Shown: positions 47,543 to 54,918 of the stretch, piece after piece
Numbering within the stretch: position 1 is the first letter of the stretch
Layout of the letters: the number at the start of each line of letters is the position of its first letter
Origin: Bdellovibrionales bacterium
Lineage (GTDB): Bacteria; Bdellovibrionota; Bdellovibrionia; Bdellovibrionales; DASUEL01
DNA: 54,918 nucleotides
Direction: 5' to 3'
NCBI GenBank assembly: GCA_050250255.1
Contig: JBFWOZ010000017.1
Span: forward strand, 1 to 54,918
The notes under the pieces: generated by a model
What the model saw: only the letters and a program-made list of their open reading frames with translations
Database searches by the model: none
Told to the model about the DNA's origin: nothing
Made by a program: the position numbers and the translations under genes

Positions 47543-48441
47543 ACATATTTAAAACATTCTCTAAAGCGATTCTTTTAATTCCTCTTTTGGTGATTCATTT
47601 TTTCGGAAAAATGTATAGTACGCTTTTGCAGCTCATTAAGCCAAATCTTGGTTTTTATTGGTGTGACACGATTGCTGCTGAAAATAAAAATTTAATTCAA
47701 GAAGTGATTCATAAATCCACAACGCAAGGTGAAGCGAAGTTAAAAATATACACGCCGAATTGGATTTGTAGATATCGAGTGACCAGTTTTTCTACAAAAG
47801 AACCCGAAACTCTCGAGTGGATCGATCAGTATGGTGGGAATGGTCCTCTTTTTGATATTGGAGCAAATGTTGGTCTTTATTCGATGTACTTTGCCGCTAC
47901 CAAAAAACAAAAAGTCTATGCTTTCGAGCCATCATTTTTTAACTTGGCATTGTTAGCAAAAAATATTTATGTCAATAATTTGCAAGACCGTATTCACGTT
48001 GTCGCTAATCCATTAAGTGAGACAAATCAATTTTCAAAATTTTCACTTTCAACCACGGAGGAGGGCGGAGCTCTTTCTACATTTGGAGTTGATTTTGGAT
48101 ATGATGGCAAAGCATTGCAAAAATCGTTGGAATACAAAACCCTGGGCTTTTCGTTAGACTATCTTATTTCTCAGAAGATAGTTCCCGAACTTCCTGCGAT
48201 GATAAAAGTGGACGTTGATGGAATTGAGCATTTAATCCTTGCAGGAGCTGTTGAAACTCTCAAAAGCCCAATCTGTAGAACTGTTCTCATTGAGGTCAAT
48301 CAGTCATTTCAAGAACAAGCTACCAAAATTTCGGAGCTTCTGAAGAGTTGCGGGTTTAGTCCAGAATTAAACAATCTTCCATCTCAAATAGGTACCGGTG
48401 AATTTTCTGAAGTTTCGAATCAAATATGGGTTAAACGGTAG
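47539..48441 (+). CDS. FkbM-family methyltransferase
   Basis: KEPETLEWI, DIGANVGLYS, AFEPS and IKVDVDGIE; ATGA overlap with the cyclase stop. Confidence 0.9.
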   Translation: MNIFKTFSKAILLIPLLVIHFFGKMYSTLLQLIKPNLGFYWCDTIAAENKNLIQEVIHKSTTQGEAKLKIYTPNWICRYRVTSFSTKEPETLEWIDQYGGNGPLFDIGANVGLYSMYFAATKKQKVYAFEPSFFNLALLAKNIYVNNLQDRIHVVANPLSETNQFSKFSLSTTEEGGALSTFGVDFGYDGKALQKSLEYKTLGFSLDYLISQKIVPELPAMIKVDVDGIEHLILAGAVETLKSPICRTVLIEVNQSFQEQATKISELLKSCGFSPELNNLPSQIGTGEFSEVSNQIWVKR

Positions 48442-48451
48442 GAATTGAGGA

Positions 48452-48904
48452 ATGGGAATTACAAGTAATCCTGTAAAAGCTATTGTTTTTGATTTCGATG
48501 GAACTCTTATGGACTCGGTGACAGGTCTTCTCGGTGAGGCCTTTGTACCTGGCGCAAAAGAGTTTGTAGAACAGTACAGTGGCCAAATTCTCTTTTTCAT
48601 CTCTTCGGCCGCTTCCCAACAAAAGCTAGAATCTATTCTCGAAAGAGAAAAATGGTCGAAACACTTTAAAAAGGTGTACGGATCTTCAACACCTAAAACG
48701 CAAGCGCTTATCGAAATTTTAGAAGATTACGATCTCCATAAAAACGAACTCCTTTTTGTAGGAGATGGATTTCGTGATAACAGTGTGGCGATCGAAGTCG
48801 GTTGTCCTTTTGTGGGAGTTGCCAGAGAGGGCCAGCAATTTCCTCAGGCCATTGCCCATATCCAAAATCTTTTAGAGCTTCGCGACATCTTACAACTGAA
48901 ATGA
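48452..48904 (+). CDS. HAD-superfamily phosphatase (short, cap-reduced)
   Basis: FDFDGTL motif I, ISS motif II, K and FVGDG..D motifs; only 150 aa. Confidence 0.85.
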   Translation: MGITSNPVKAIVFDFDGTLMDSVTGLLGEAFVPGAKEFVEQYSGQILFFISSAASQQKLESILEREKWSKHFKKVYGSSTPKTQALIEILEDYDLHKNELLFVGDGFRDNSVAIEVGCPFVGVAREGQQFPQAIAHIQNLLELRDILQLK

Positions 48905-49960
48905 AGAATCAGACAGAGACGAATGAGTTGGTAGAAAGAGGACGGTCTCTTTTAATCGATTCGCCATGGGATATTCAGTAGAACCCATTACTTCTTTTGG
49001 TAGGTCAGGCCAGGTCAGAAGTAACCAACGCTTTTGATTCCAGTCTTTAAAATAACTTCGCGCTTCTTCCTTGGATTTAAATTTCACCGGGAAAAGGTAA
49101 GGGGCATCGACATTTTGTAAATCCCAAGCCGGAGAGAGAAGAGTCCTTTGATGGAGCTCTTTGGCCCATTTTTGCGCGTTTTGTTTTCGCGCCTTCGCTT
49201 CGGACTCAATATAATTTTTCGAAACACTTAAGAGCTGTGCGCTGAGAGGGGTTAAGGCCTCTTCGTCTCCTGGGACTGACTCTTCTGAAAGAACATAGGG
49301 ATCAGAGGGCATCTTTTGTTTTTTCTGAAAATTTAGGACTCTTGTCGGCGTGAGGTCTTCAATCAAACGTTTTGCTGTCCACAAAGCATCCGTTTTGAGG
49401 GAGGCTTGCGAGGTTTTGAAAAATGGGAAAAGGCTACCGTGTCTTTTTTGTCCTAAAAGAACGGCTCCAGTAGGAAGGCCCAAAGTTTTGTAGGGACTAA
49501 AAAGAATAAAGTCGGCAACGGGCTCTTTTGTTTTTCTTAAGAGATGTGCGGCATCCTCTACAAGATGAAGATCGTTCTTTTGGCAAAACTCTGCGGTTTT
49601 CGTAAGGTCCTTTTCAATTCCAAAATACTGAACTTGTACGAAAAAGCCTTTTTTCTTTGGATTTAAAGACGAAAGATCGGGAGTGAGGTCTTCATGAAGG
49701 GGATAAAAAATAATCTCATCCCCTTGGCTTTGAAGCTTTGCGATGGGGGTGTTGCAAATGTATTCAGGAAAATACCAGGTGGGATTTTGTTTGTAGGTTT
49801 TTTGAAACCATCGGGAGAGTAGTCCAAAAGACAGAGTGGAACGAGAAATGAGATGGGCCTGATAGTTTGCCAGATTCCAGGCAAACTGATTTTTCGAATG
49901 AGGGTCAGCCCGGAGAGAACGTAAAATCTGAAACCAGGAGGGATGAGTTTGGAATTTCAT
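48890..49960 (-). CDS. Divergent DegT-like PLP-dependent protein
   Basis: PEYIC, VQYFG, VEDAAH, FSPYKTLGLPTGA and LPTH; ATGA overlap with the GT2 stop suggests start 49960. Confidence 0.7.
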   Translation of the reverse strand: MKFQTHPSWFQILRSLRADPHSKNQFAWNLANYQAHLISRSTLSFGLLSRWFQKTYKQNPTWYFPEYICNTPIAKLQSQGDEIIFYPLHEDLTPDLSSLNPKKKGFFVQVQYFGIEKDLTKTAEFCQKNDLHLVEDAAHLLRKTKEPVADFILFSPYKTLGLPTGAVLLGQKRHGSLFPFFKTSQASLKTDALWTAKRLIEDLTPTRVLNFQKKQKMPSDPYVLSEESVPGDEEALTPLSAQLLSVSKNYIESEAKARKQNAQKWAKELHQRTLLSPAWDLQNVDAPYLFPVKFKSKEEARSYFKDWNQKRWLLLTWPDLPKEVMGSTEYPMANRLKETVLFLPTHSSLSDSSFQL

Positions 49961-50868
49961 GATTGAAACGGCAGGCTCTGTCTTGCAGCTTGAAGAGCGC
50001 AAGAAGTCAGCCCCTGATAAGGTCTCCACGAAAGAGGCATCGTTTTCAAAGAGCGTGTGTAATAATGGAAAGCCTCAGAAAGTAATTTTTGTTTTTGTAG
50101 GTGTCGGCCAGCGCCCCACATCACGCGCGCTTGCTTGGTTGAGTACTTGACACGATCGAGAGCCGTCGGGTTTTCAATCTGCGAATAGTGGTGTTCGATC
50201 ACACGTCGAATGGCTTCCATGTGGCGTACCACGGATGCACTGGTGCTTTGCGGAGAAAGAATAAAGCTTCCGAGCGGCTCATGAATGAAACCAACACGCG
50301 CTCCAAGTTTTAAAAGACGCAACCAGAGATCTAAGTCTTCGGCAGACAAAAATTCTTGTCTCTCATCAAAACCATTCGCTTTTTCTAAAAGCTCGCGACT
50401 CACGGTCACGGCAGAAGTGCTCATTTGGTTTTCGCCAAAAAGCATGGAAATGTAGTGAAGATTTTTTTGCGTTCCGTATTTGAGAGTCTGAAGAGTTCGT
50501 GAACCTTCGCGAAGATATTCCCAGTGACAAAGAAAGTTGTAGCCCTTGCGTATGTACTCAATGGTCTTTTCAATTTTGGATTCTTCCCAAGTATCATCTG
50601 CATCTAAAAAAGAAATGTATTCGCAGGTAGCGTGTCTCCAACCCAAGTTGCGGGCACCGGCGGGACCAACGTTATTCTCAACTCGTAAGGCACGTATTTT
50701 CTCTGGATATTTTTGTTTGAGGGCTTCAATGATTTCAGGCGTACTATCGTTGCTGGCGTTATCGACAATGACGACTTCTGTAGGGAGGACGGTTTGTCGA
50801 AAAGCCGTTTCAATCGTATGGCGAAGAGTCGCGGATGCATTGTAAGCTGGAACAACAACCGAAATCAT
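49957..50868 (-). CDS. GT2 glycosyltransferase
   Basis: ISVVVPAYN, VDNASND, GPAGARNLG, FLDADD and EDLDLWLR motifs. Confidence 0.95.
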   Translation of the reverse strand: MISVVVPAYNASATLRHTIETAFRQTVLPTEVVIVDNASNDSTPEIIEALKQKYPEKIRALRVENNVGPAGARNLGWRHATCEYISFLDADDTWEESKIEKTIEYIRKGYNFLCHWEYLREGSRTLQTLKYGTQKNLHYISMLFGENQMSTSAVTVSRELLEKANGFDERQEFLSAEDLDLWLRLLKLGARVGFIHEPLGSFILSPQSTSASVVRHMEAIRRVIEHHYSQIENPTALDRVKYSTKQARVMWGAGRHLQKQKLLSEAFHYYTRSLKTMPLSWRPYQGLTSCALQAARQSLPFQS

Positions 50869-51833
50869 ATTTGATCCTTATACTTTTGGCAAAAGGCGAG
50901 AGTTTCTTCCACAGCTCGAGAGAGTTGCGCTTCTGCAAGTGAATGATCCAGAGGAAGGCGCGATTGAATTTCTAAACGAGACTCCAGCGCTTGTTCTTGT
51001 TCGTTAGCGCTTGCGAGGGGCATTTCTAAAACGAGAGATTGATTTAAAATCTTTTGTGCTTTTTGATGTATAAGTTCGGCCATTTCACGAATGCTTTTGT
51101 TCATTCCCACAAGATTGACGATTTTTTCAGGTGAATGAGGCGTCTGAAGAGTTTGAAAAGTAGCATCCTCGACCGCAGCCAGAGAAAGAAAGTTGCGCAG
51201 CTGAAGGCCATGAGTTTTTAATACGAGTCGGCCCGTCTTCACCGCTTGTCGACAGAGATCGTTCACCAGCAACATCCAGCAATTGGTTTCTGGCAGAAGG
51301 GGTGCGCCAATGGCGTTAGACAATCGAAAAACCTGTTTCTTTTTTAATGGAGAGGCCAGCACATAATCTTCGGCCACTCGATGTGTGATGGTGTAGTGAC
51401 TCATCGGCTGTGTCGGAGAGTCTTCGCTGAATTTTCCTACAAGGGGTGTACCGTAAACATGTGCTGTTGAAAAATAGAGAAATTGAGAGACACCGTTTTC
51501 TGTGGCGGCTTCTAAGAGCTGTTGCGTGCCGAAACCATTCACACGAAGCGCGAGCTCGGGGTTTTCACGACATTGTTGATCGTTGAGAGCGGCCAGATGA
51601 ACGACGGCATCTACATTCTTTAAAGCCGCAGATAAAGAAGTTTTATTGAGCGAGGCAAAATCCAGTGAGGCCCACTCAGCGCCTTCGAAAACAGGGAGAG
51701 GCGGAAGAGGCTTGCGACTGGTCATACGCACCTTCATTCCCTTTGTTAAAAGAGAATGACTGAGGCGTGCGCCAACGTAACCTGTGGCTCCCGTAATGAG
51801 AACTCTCAATTGTTGGTCGGGATGACTGCTCAT
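50865..51833 (-). CDS. NAD-dependent sugar 4-reductase/epimerase (atypical YxxxH)
   Basis: ITGATGYVG, VHLAA, STAHVYG and YTITH; ATGA overlap with the upstream cupin gene. Confidence 0.85.
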   Translation of the reverse strand: MSSHPDQQLRVLITGATGYVGARLSHSLLTKGMKVRMTSRKPLPPLPVFEGAEWASLDFASLNKTSLSAALKNVDAVVHLAALNDQQCRENPELALRVNGFGTQQLLEAATENGVSQFLYFSTAHVYGTPLVGKFSEDSPTQPMSHYTITHRVAEDYVLASPLKKKQVFRLSNAIGAPLLPETNCWMLLVNDLCRQAVKTGRLVLKTHGLQLRNFLSLAAVEDATFQTLQTPHSPEKIVNLVGMNKSIREMAELIHQKAQKILNQSLVLEMPLASANEQEQALESRLEIQSRLPLDHSLAEAQLSRAVEETLAFCQKYKDQI

Positions 51834-52288
51834 CCGTGTTTGATCTCCCATTTGTAAGGAATCTTGTCGGTGAAAGGATCCATGCGATCGATTTCATGAG
51901 GAGAGTGAGGAATGTCAGAGCAATTCGCGACGATCGAAGGATATTGAGCCACACCTTTGAAACCGTTCCAAACCATAGGAGGAATGGTCACGAGGCAGTA
52001 ATTCTCGGGGCTTAGATAGATTTCTTGAAGCTTTTTGTAAGAGGGGCTGTCTGGACGATCGTCGTACAGAACAAGTTTGATTTTTCCGTGAGGGACGGCG
52101 TAGTTGAGAGTCATTTCTTTATGAATATGCCACGCTTTGATTGCGCCCGGTTCTACCGCTGAAAAATAGATTTCACCAAATTTTTGAAAGAGGGGGGAAT
52201 CATTTCGGAGCATGTGCATGATTTTTCCGCGTTCATCAAGAATTTGTTTGAGAGGAGTGATTTTCACTCCTTGAATCAAGCTTTCCAT
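51830..52288 (-). CDS. RmlC-like cupin NDP-4-keto-6-deoxyhexose 3(,5)-epimerase
   Basis: DERG, IKAWHIH, YDDRPDSPS and IPPMVWNGF; AGGAG SD before ATG 52288. Confidence 0.85.
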   Translation of the reverse strand: MESLIQGVKITPLKQILDERGKIMHMLRNDSPLFQKFGEIYFSAVEPGAIKAWHIHKEMTLNYAVPHGKIKLVLYDDRPDSPSYKKLQEIYLSPENYCLVTIPPMVWNGFKGVAQYPSIVANCSDIPHSPHEIDRMDPFTDKIPYKWEIKHG

Positions 52289-52296
52289 GTTTTCTC

Positions 52297-53376
52297 CTAC
52301 ACGTTCATGAAACGTGCAATTTGTTGTCGTGTGAGCTGAACGAGATTCTCTTTTTTGAGATAGCCGCCGTACCATTCTGCGGTGGCCTGGATGGTCTCAT
52401 CAAAAGACCAACGCGGCTGCCAGCCCAGTTGGCTGATGGCTTTGTCACAGTTGAGTTTTAAAAGTTTTGTTTCAACTCGTGCAGGCTCACCAGATGATTT
52501 TTTAAAACTAAAGTCGTGCCCTTGTTTTGCGAATTCGGATTTGAAAGCCGTTACAAGTTCTTCAACGGTTCTGAAATTTTCAAAGCGAGGTCCAAAGTTC
52601 CAAGCTCCCTCAAATTGTTTTGGAGATTCGGTGAGATGAACCGCGAGTTTCATATATCCGCTGAGAGGTTCAAGGACATGCTGCCAAGGCCGCACGCTCA
52701 AGCTATTACGGATTTCGAGAGGCTGATTTTTTTGTAAGGCACGAGCGAGATCGGCGACGATACGGTACTCTGACCAATCTCCTCCGCCAATAACGTTCCC
52801 AGCACGAACGCTAGCAAAACCTAAGGAAGATTTTTGGAGAAAGGACTGTCCATAGGCGCTGAACACAATTTCGCAAGCCGCTTTTGAAGCACTGTAAGGA
52901 TCATGCCCACCGAGTTCGTCGCTCTCGCGGTAACCCCAGTCCCATTCTTGGTTTTTGTAACACTTATCGGAAGTGACAAAGATCAACGACTGAATACTTT
53001 TGGTCGCACGAACGGCCTCTAGCAAATGTACAGAGCCCATGATGTTCGTTTCAAAAGTTTCTACGGGATTATCGTAAGAGGGAAGAACAAGAGGTTGTGC
53101 GGCTAAGTGAAAGACATAATGTGGCTGAAACTCTTCTATCGCTTTTTTAAGTTTCGCGAGATCACGGATGTCAGCCCGAATGTCCGTGATTTTCTCTTTG
53201 AGTCCCAAAAGATCGAAGGCGTTGGGCTCAGTTGAAGGATCTAAAGCATAACCGCAAACTTTGGCGCCGAGTTCGGTGAGCCAGAATGAAAGCCAAGCCC
53301 CTTTAAAGCCTGTGTGACCAGTCAGGAAAACTTTTTTACCGCTGAACGCTTTTTGAAAGTCTACCAGTTGACCCAA
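52297..53376 (-). CDS. rfbG: CDP-glucose 4,6-dehydratase
   Basis: TGHTGFKGAWL, HLAAQPLV, TSDKCY, DPYSASK, RAGNVIGGGDW and RPWQHVLEPL. Confidence 0.97.
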   Translation of the reverse strand: MGQLVDFQKAFSGKKVFLTGHTGFKGAWLSFWLTELGAKVCGYALDPSTEPNAFDLLGLKEKITDIRADIRDLAKLKKAIEEFQPHYVFHLAAQPLVLPSYDNPVETFETNIMGSVHLLEAVRATKSIQSLIFVTSDKCYKNQEWDWGYRESDELGGHDPYSASKAACEIVFSAYGQSFLQKSSLGFASVRAGNVIGGGDWSEYRIVADLARALQKNQPLEIRNSLSVRPWQHVLEPLSGYMKLAVHLTESPKQFEGAWNFGPRFENFRTVEELVTAFKSEFAKQGHDFSFKKSSGEPARVETKLLKLNCDKAISQLGWQPRWSFDETIQATAEWYGGYLKKENLVQLTRQQIARFMNV

Positions 53377-54146
53377 GGAGCTTTTCCTTTCGCGTAAAGA
53401 TCATTCAGAAAAATGTAATCGCGATAAGTGTCCATAGGTTGCCAGAAGTCGTCGTGTCGATACACCATGAGTTGCTGGTCGTTCACCAGTTGATTCATGG
53501 GTTCTTTTTCGAAGATGAGATCTTCACGATCCTCGAGATAGTCAAAAATCTTTTTAGAACAAACAAAAAATCCACCGGAAATGCGGCCACCAGAAGCTTG
53601 AGGTTTTTCGTTGAACTCAGAGACAAGTCCGTCGTCGCTCGCATTGATTTCTCCAAAACGCCCAGGAGGTCGAACTCCCGTTACGGTGAGGATTTTTCCG
53701 TGTGACTTATGAAACTCAATCAATTTTTTAATGTTGATGTTTCCTAAGCCATCTCCGTAAGTAAGAAGAAAGTGGTCATCGTTCTGAATGTATTTTTTAA
53801 TTTTAGCGACTCGTCCACCAGTTAAAGTGTTGAGACCCGTGTTAGCGAGAGTGATCTTCCAATCCATTTCGCCATGACGGCTGTGGTAATCAATTTTGCG
53901 TTCTTTGTCTTCGAAGTGAAGAGTGAAGTCACGAGTGTGAGCTTCGTAGTTGAGAAAGAAGTCTTTAATTTGGTGACCCTTGTAACCCAAAGTCAGAACA
54001 AACTCGTTCAAGTTCCAGGTCGAAAAATTCTTCATGATGTGCCACAAAATCGGATAGTCGCCGATCGGGATCATCGGTTTAGGCGCGTCGTCGGTCACCC
54101 CGCGAATTCTCGTTCCAAGGCCACCACAAAGTATGACTGTTTTCAT
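53361..54146 (-). CDS. rfbF: Glucose-1-phosphate cytidylyltransferase
   Basis: ILCGGLGTR, KPMIPIG, LGYKG, TGGR, LTYGDG, FWQPMDTYRD and APW. Start moved to ATG 54146. Confidence 0.97.
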   Translation of the reverse strand: MKTVILCGGLGTRIRGVTDDAPKPMIPIGDYPILWHIMKNFSTWNLNEFVLTLGYKGHQIKDFFLNYEAHTRDFTLHFEDKERKIDYHSRHGEMDWKITLANTGLNTLTGGRVAKIKKYIQNDDHFLLTYGDGLGNINIKKLIEFHKSHGKILTVTGVRPPGRFGEINASDDGLVSEFNEKPQASGGRISGGFFVCSKKIFDYLEDREDLIFEKEPMNQLVNDQQLMVYRHDDFWQPMDTYRDYIFLNDLYAKGKAPWVNW

Positions 54147-54153
54147 GGCTTTA

Positions 54154-54182
54154 CTTATAGAAAAGCTTCGAAAAGGTAGCAA
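54154..54182 (-). promoter_or_regulatory. Sigma70-like promoter of the rfbF operon, probably leaderless
   Basis: Minus strand TTGCTA(54182-77)-17 bp-TATAAG(54159-54), 7 nt before ATG; no SD. Confidence 0.6.
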
Positions 54183-54458
54183 GTCCGCAGAGGCTGGGGC
54201 TTTGAAATGCGAGCGGTTGCGTCAGAGCGGAGGGGGAAGCTTAGTGTTTATAATCTTTTAAGGGGCAGCGAGAGTGGTGAGAGTGAGGCTCCCGCCCATC
54301 CTGGTTGTGCAACTACCAAATTCGCGCCTCCAGCGCTCACCCGCTTCGCGGGCTAAAGTTTGGCAGTTTTCTTCGCGAGACGGACCTCTTCTCATGGGAA
54401 ACGAGTCTCTCCAGCAAAGCAAGTTTTCAAAAGTTTACATAAAAACAAGACTGTCTTC

Positions 54459-54818
54459 TTAACCTCTCTGATAATTCTCCATCTTACTTTTTCCATAAAA
54501 ACGTATAGCCGTAAGAGCATTGTGACTAGCGCAAAGAATTCGCAAATTATCGACCGTACTTTTTCCACCGATAGCAAAAGGCTTTATGTGTTCAAACTGA
54601 AGCTTATGATTCGATTCACATCTACGTTTTGTGAGCGGGTCGATAAAAGTGCAGCGACCTCGATCACGCATCCAGACGCTTTGTCTAACAACTGAAGGAA
54701 TATAACGAGTATGAGCTGCAACCTTAAGCGGCTTTGGCGGATGAGATTCTGCATGCTTTATTTGTGGGGGTAATGTGGGTATGCTTTCTGTGAGCTTCTC
54801 TGGAGCGTGTCCGAAAAG
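54459..54818 (-). pseudogene. HNH endonuclease C-terminal remnant
   Basis: Frame reads ...TRYIPSVVRQSVWMRDRGRC...C...EHIKPFAIGG...NLRILCASHN. It extends upstream of the ORF-track ATG to an in-frame TGA at 54819-21 with no start codon before the conserved RYIP motif. Confidence 0.65.
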
Positions 54819-54918
54819 TCATGACAGCGTCTCCAGCGAAGCTATTCTTTTTACAAGCCGCTGAGACATAGCAAGATGGATCATCGCGACGCTATTTGAA
54901 GTATTCTTTTCGTAATCT

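Noticed and set aside
1..54918. CRISPR arrays, tRNA/rRNA genes, IS transposases, integrase or invertase sites
   Set aside because: No regularly spaced repeats, cloverleaf/rRNA signatures, transposase or recombinase ORFs, or matching terminal repeats were seen by eye.
54200..54918. IscB/omega-RNA (HEARO) RNA-guided system
   Set aside because: No PLMP or RuvC motifs visible; the HNH is a C-terminal stand-alone type and appears interrupted.

Overview
Almost the whole window is one very large, rearranged bacterial cell-surface glycan (LPS O-antigen/capsule-type) biosynthesis and tailoring locus of about 50 genes, with many strand switches. It encodes two NeuB-type nonulosonate synthases and three CMP-sugar-acid synthetases (NeuA-like, a NeuA-HAD fusion, KdsB-like). 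Other genes include a close KdnB-like C8-oxidase, several PLP aminotransferases, a CDP-6-deoxyhexose pathway (rfbF/rfbG), MBOAT/SGNH O-acylation genes and a carbamoyltransferase-SxtJ-SxtK-SGNH set. There are also a B12-radical SAM/PhyH/methyltransferase operon, a FemAB-like transferase with a polysaccharide deacetylase, GT2/GT-C-like glycosylation genes and three orphan 'surface carbohydrate' transferases. Embedded are a HigBA-type toxin-antitoxin pair with a perfect operator palindrome, a secreted fibre-like protein and an HNH nuclease remnant at the right edge. The host is tentatively Bdellovibrionota-like (inference only). The best leads are: (1) an un-annotated 52-aa SxtK-like peptide ending in the FIYxxF acyl-carrier motif, suggesting a trans-membrane carbamoyl relay; (2) a short NeuB-DegT-KdnB-NeuA/HAD operon that could make an 8-amino nonulosonic acid; (3) recurrent leaderless promoters heading the shuffled modules. 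All family calls are from motif recognition and memory, not from database searches.
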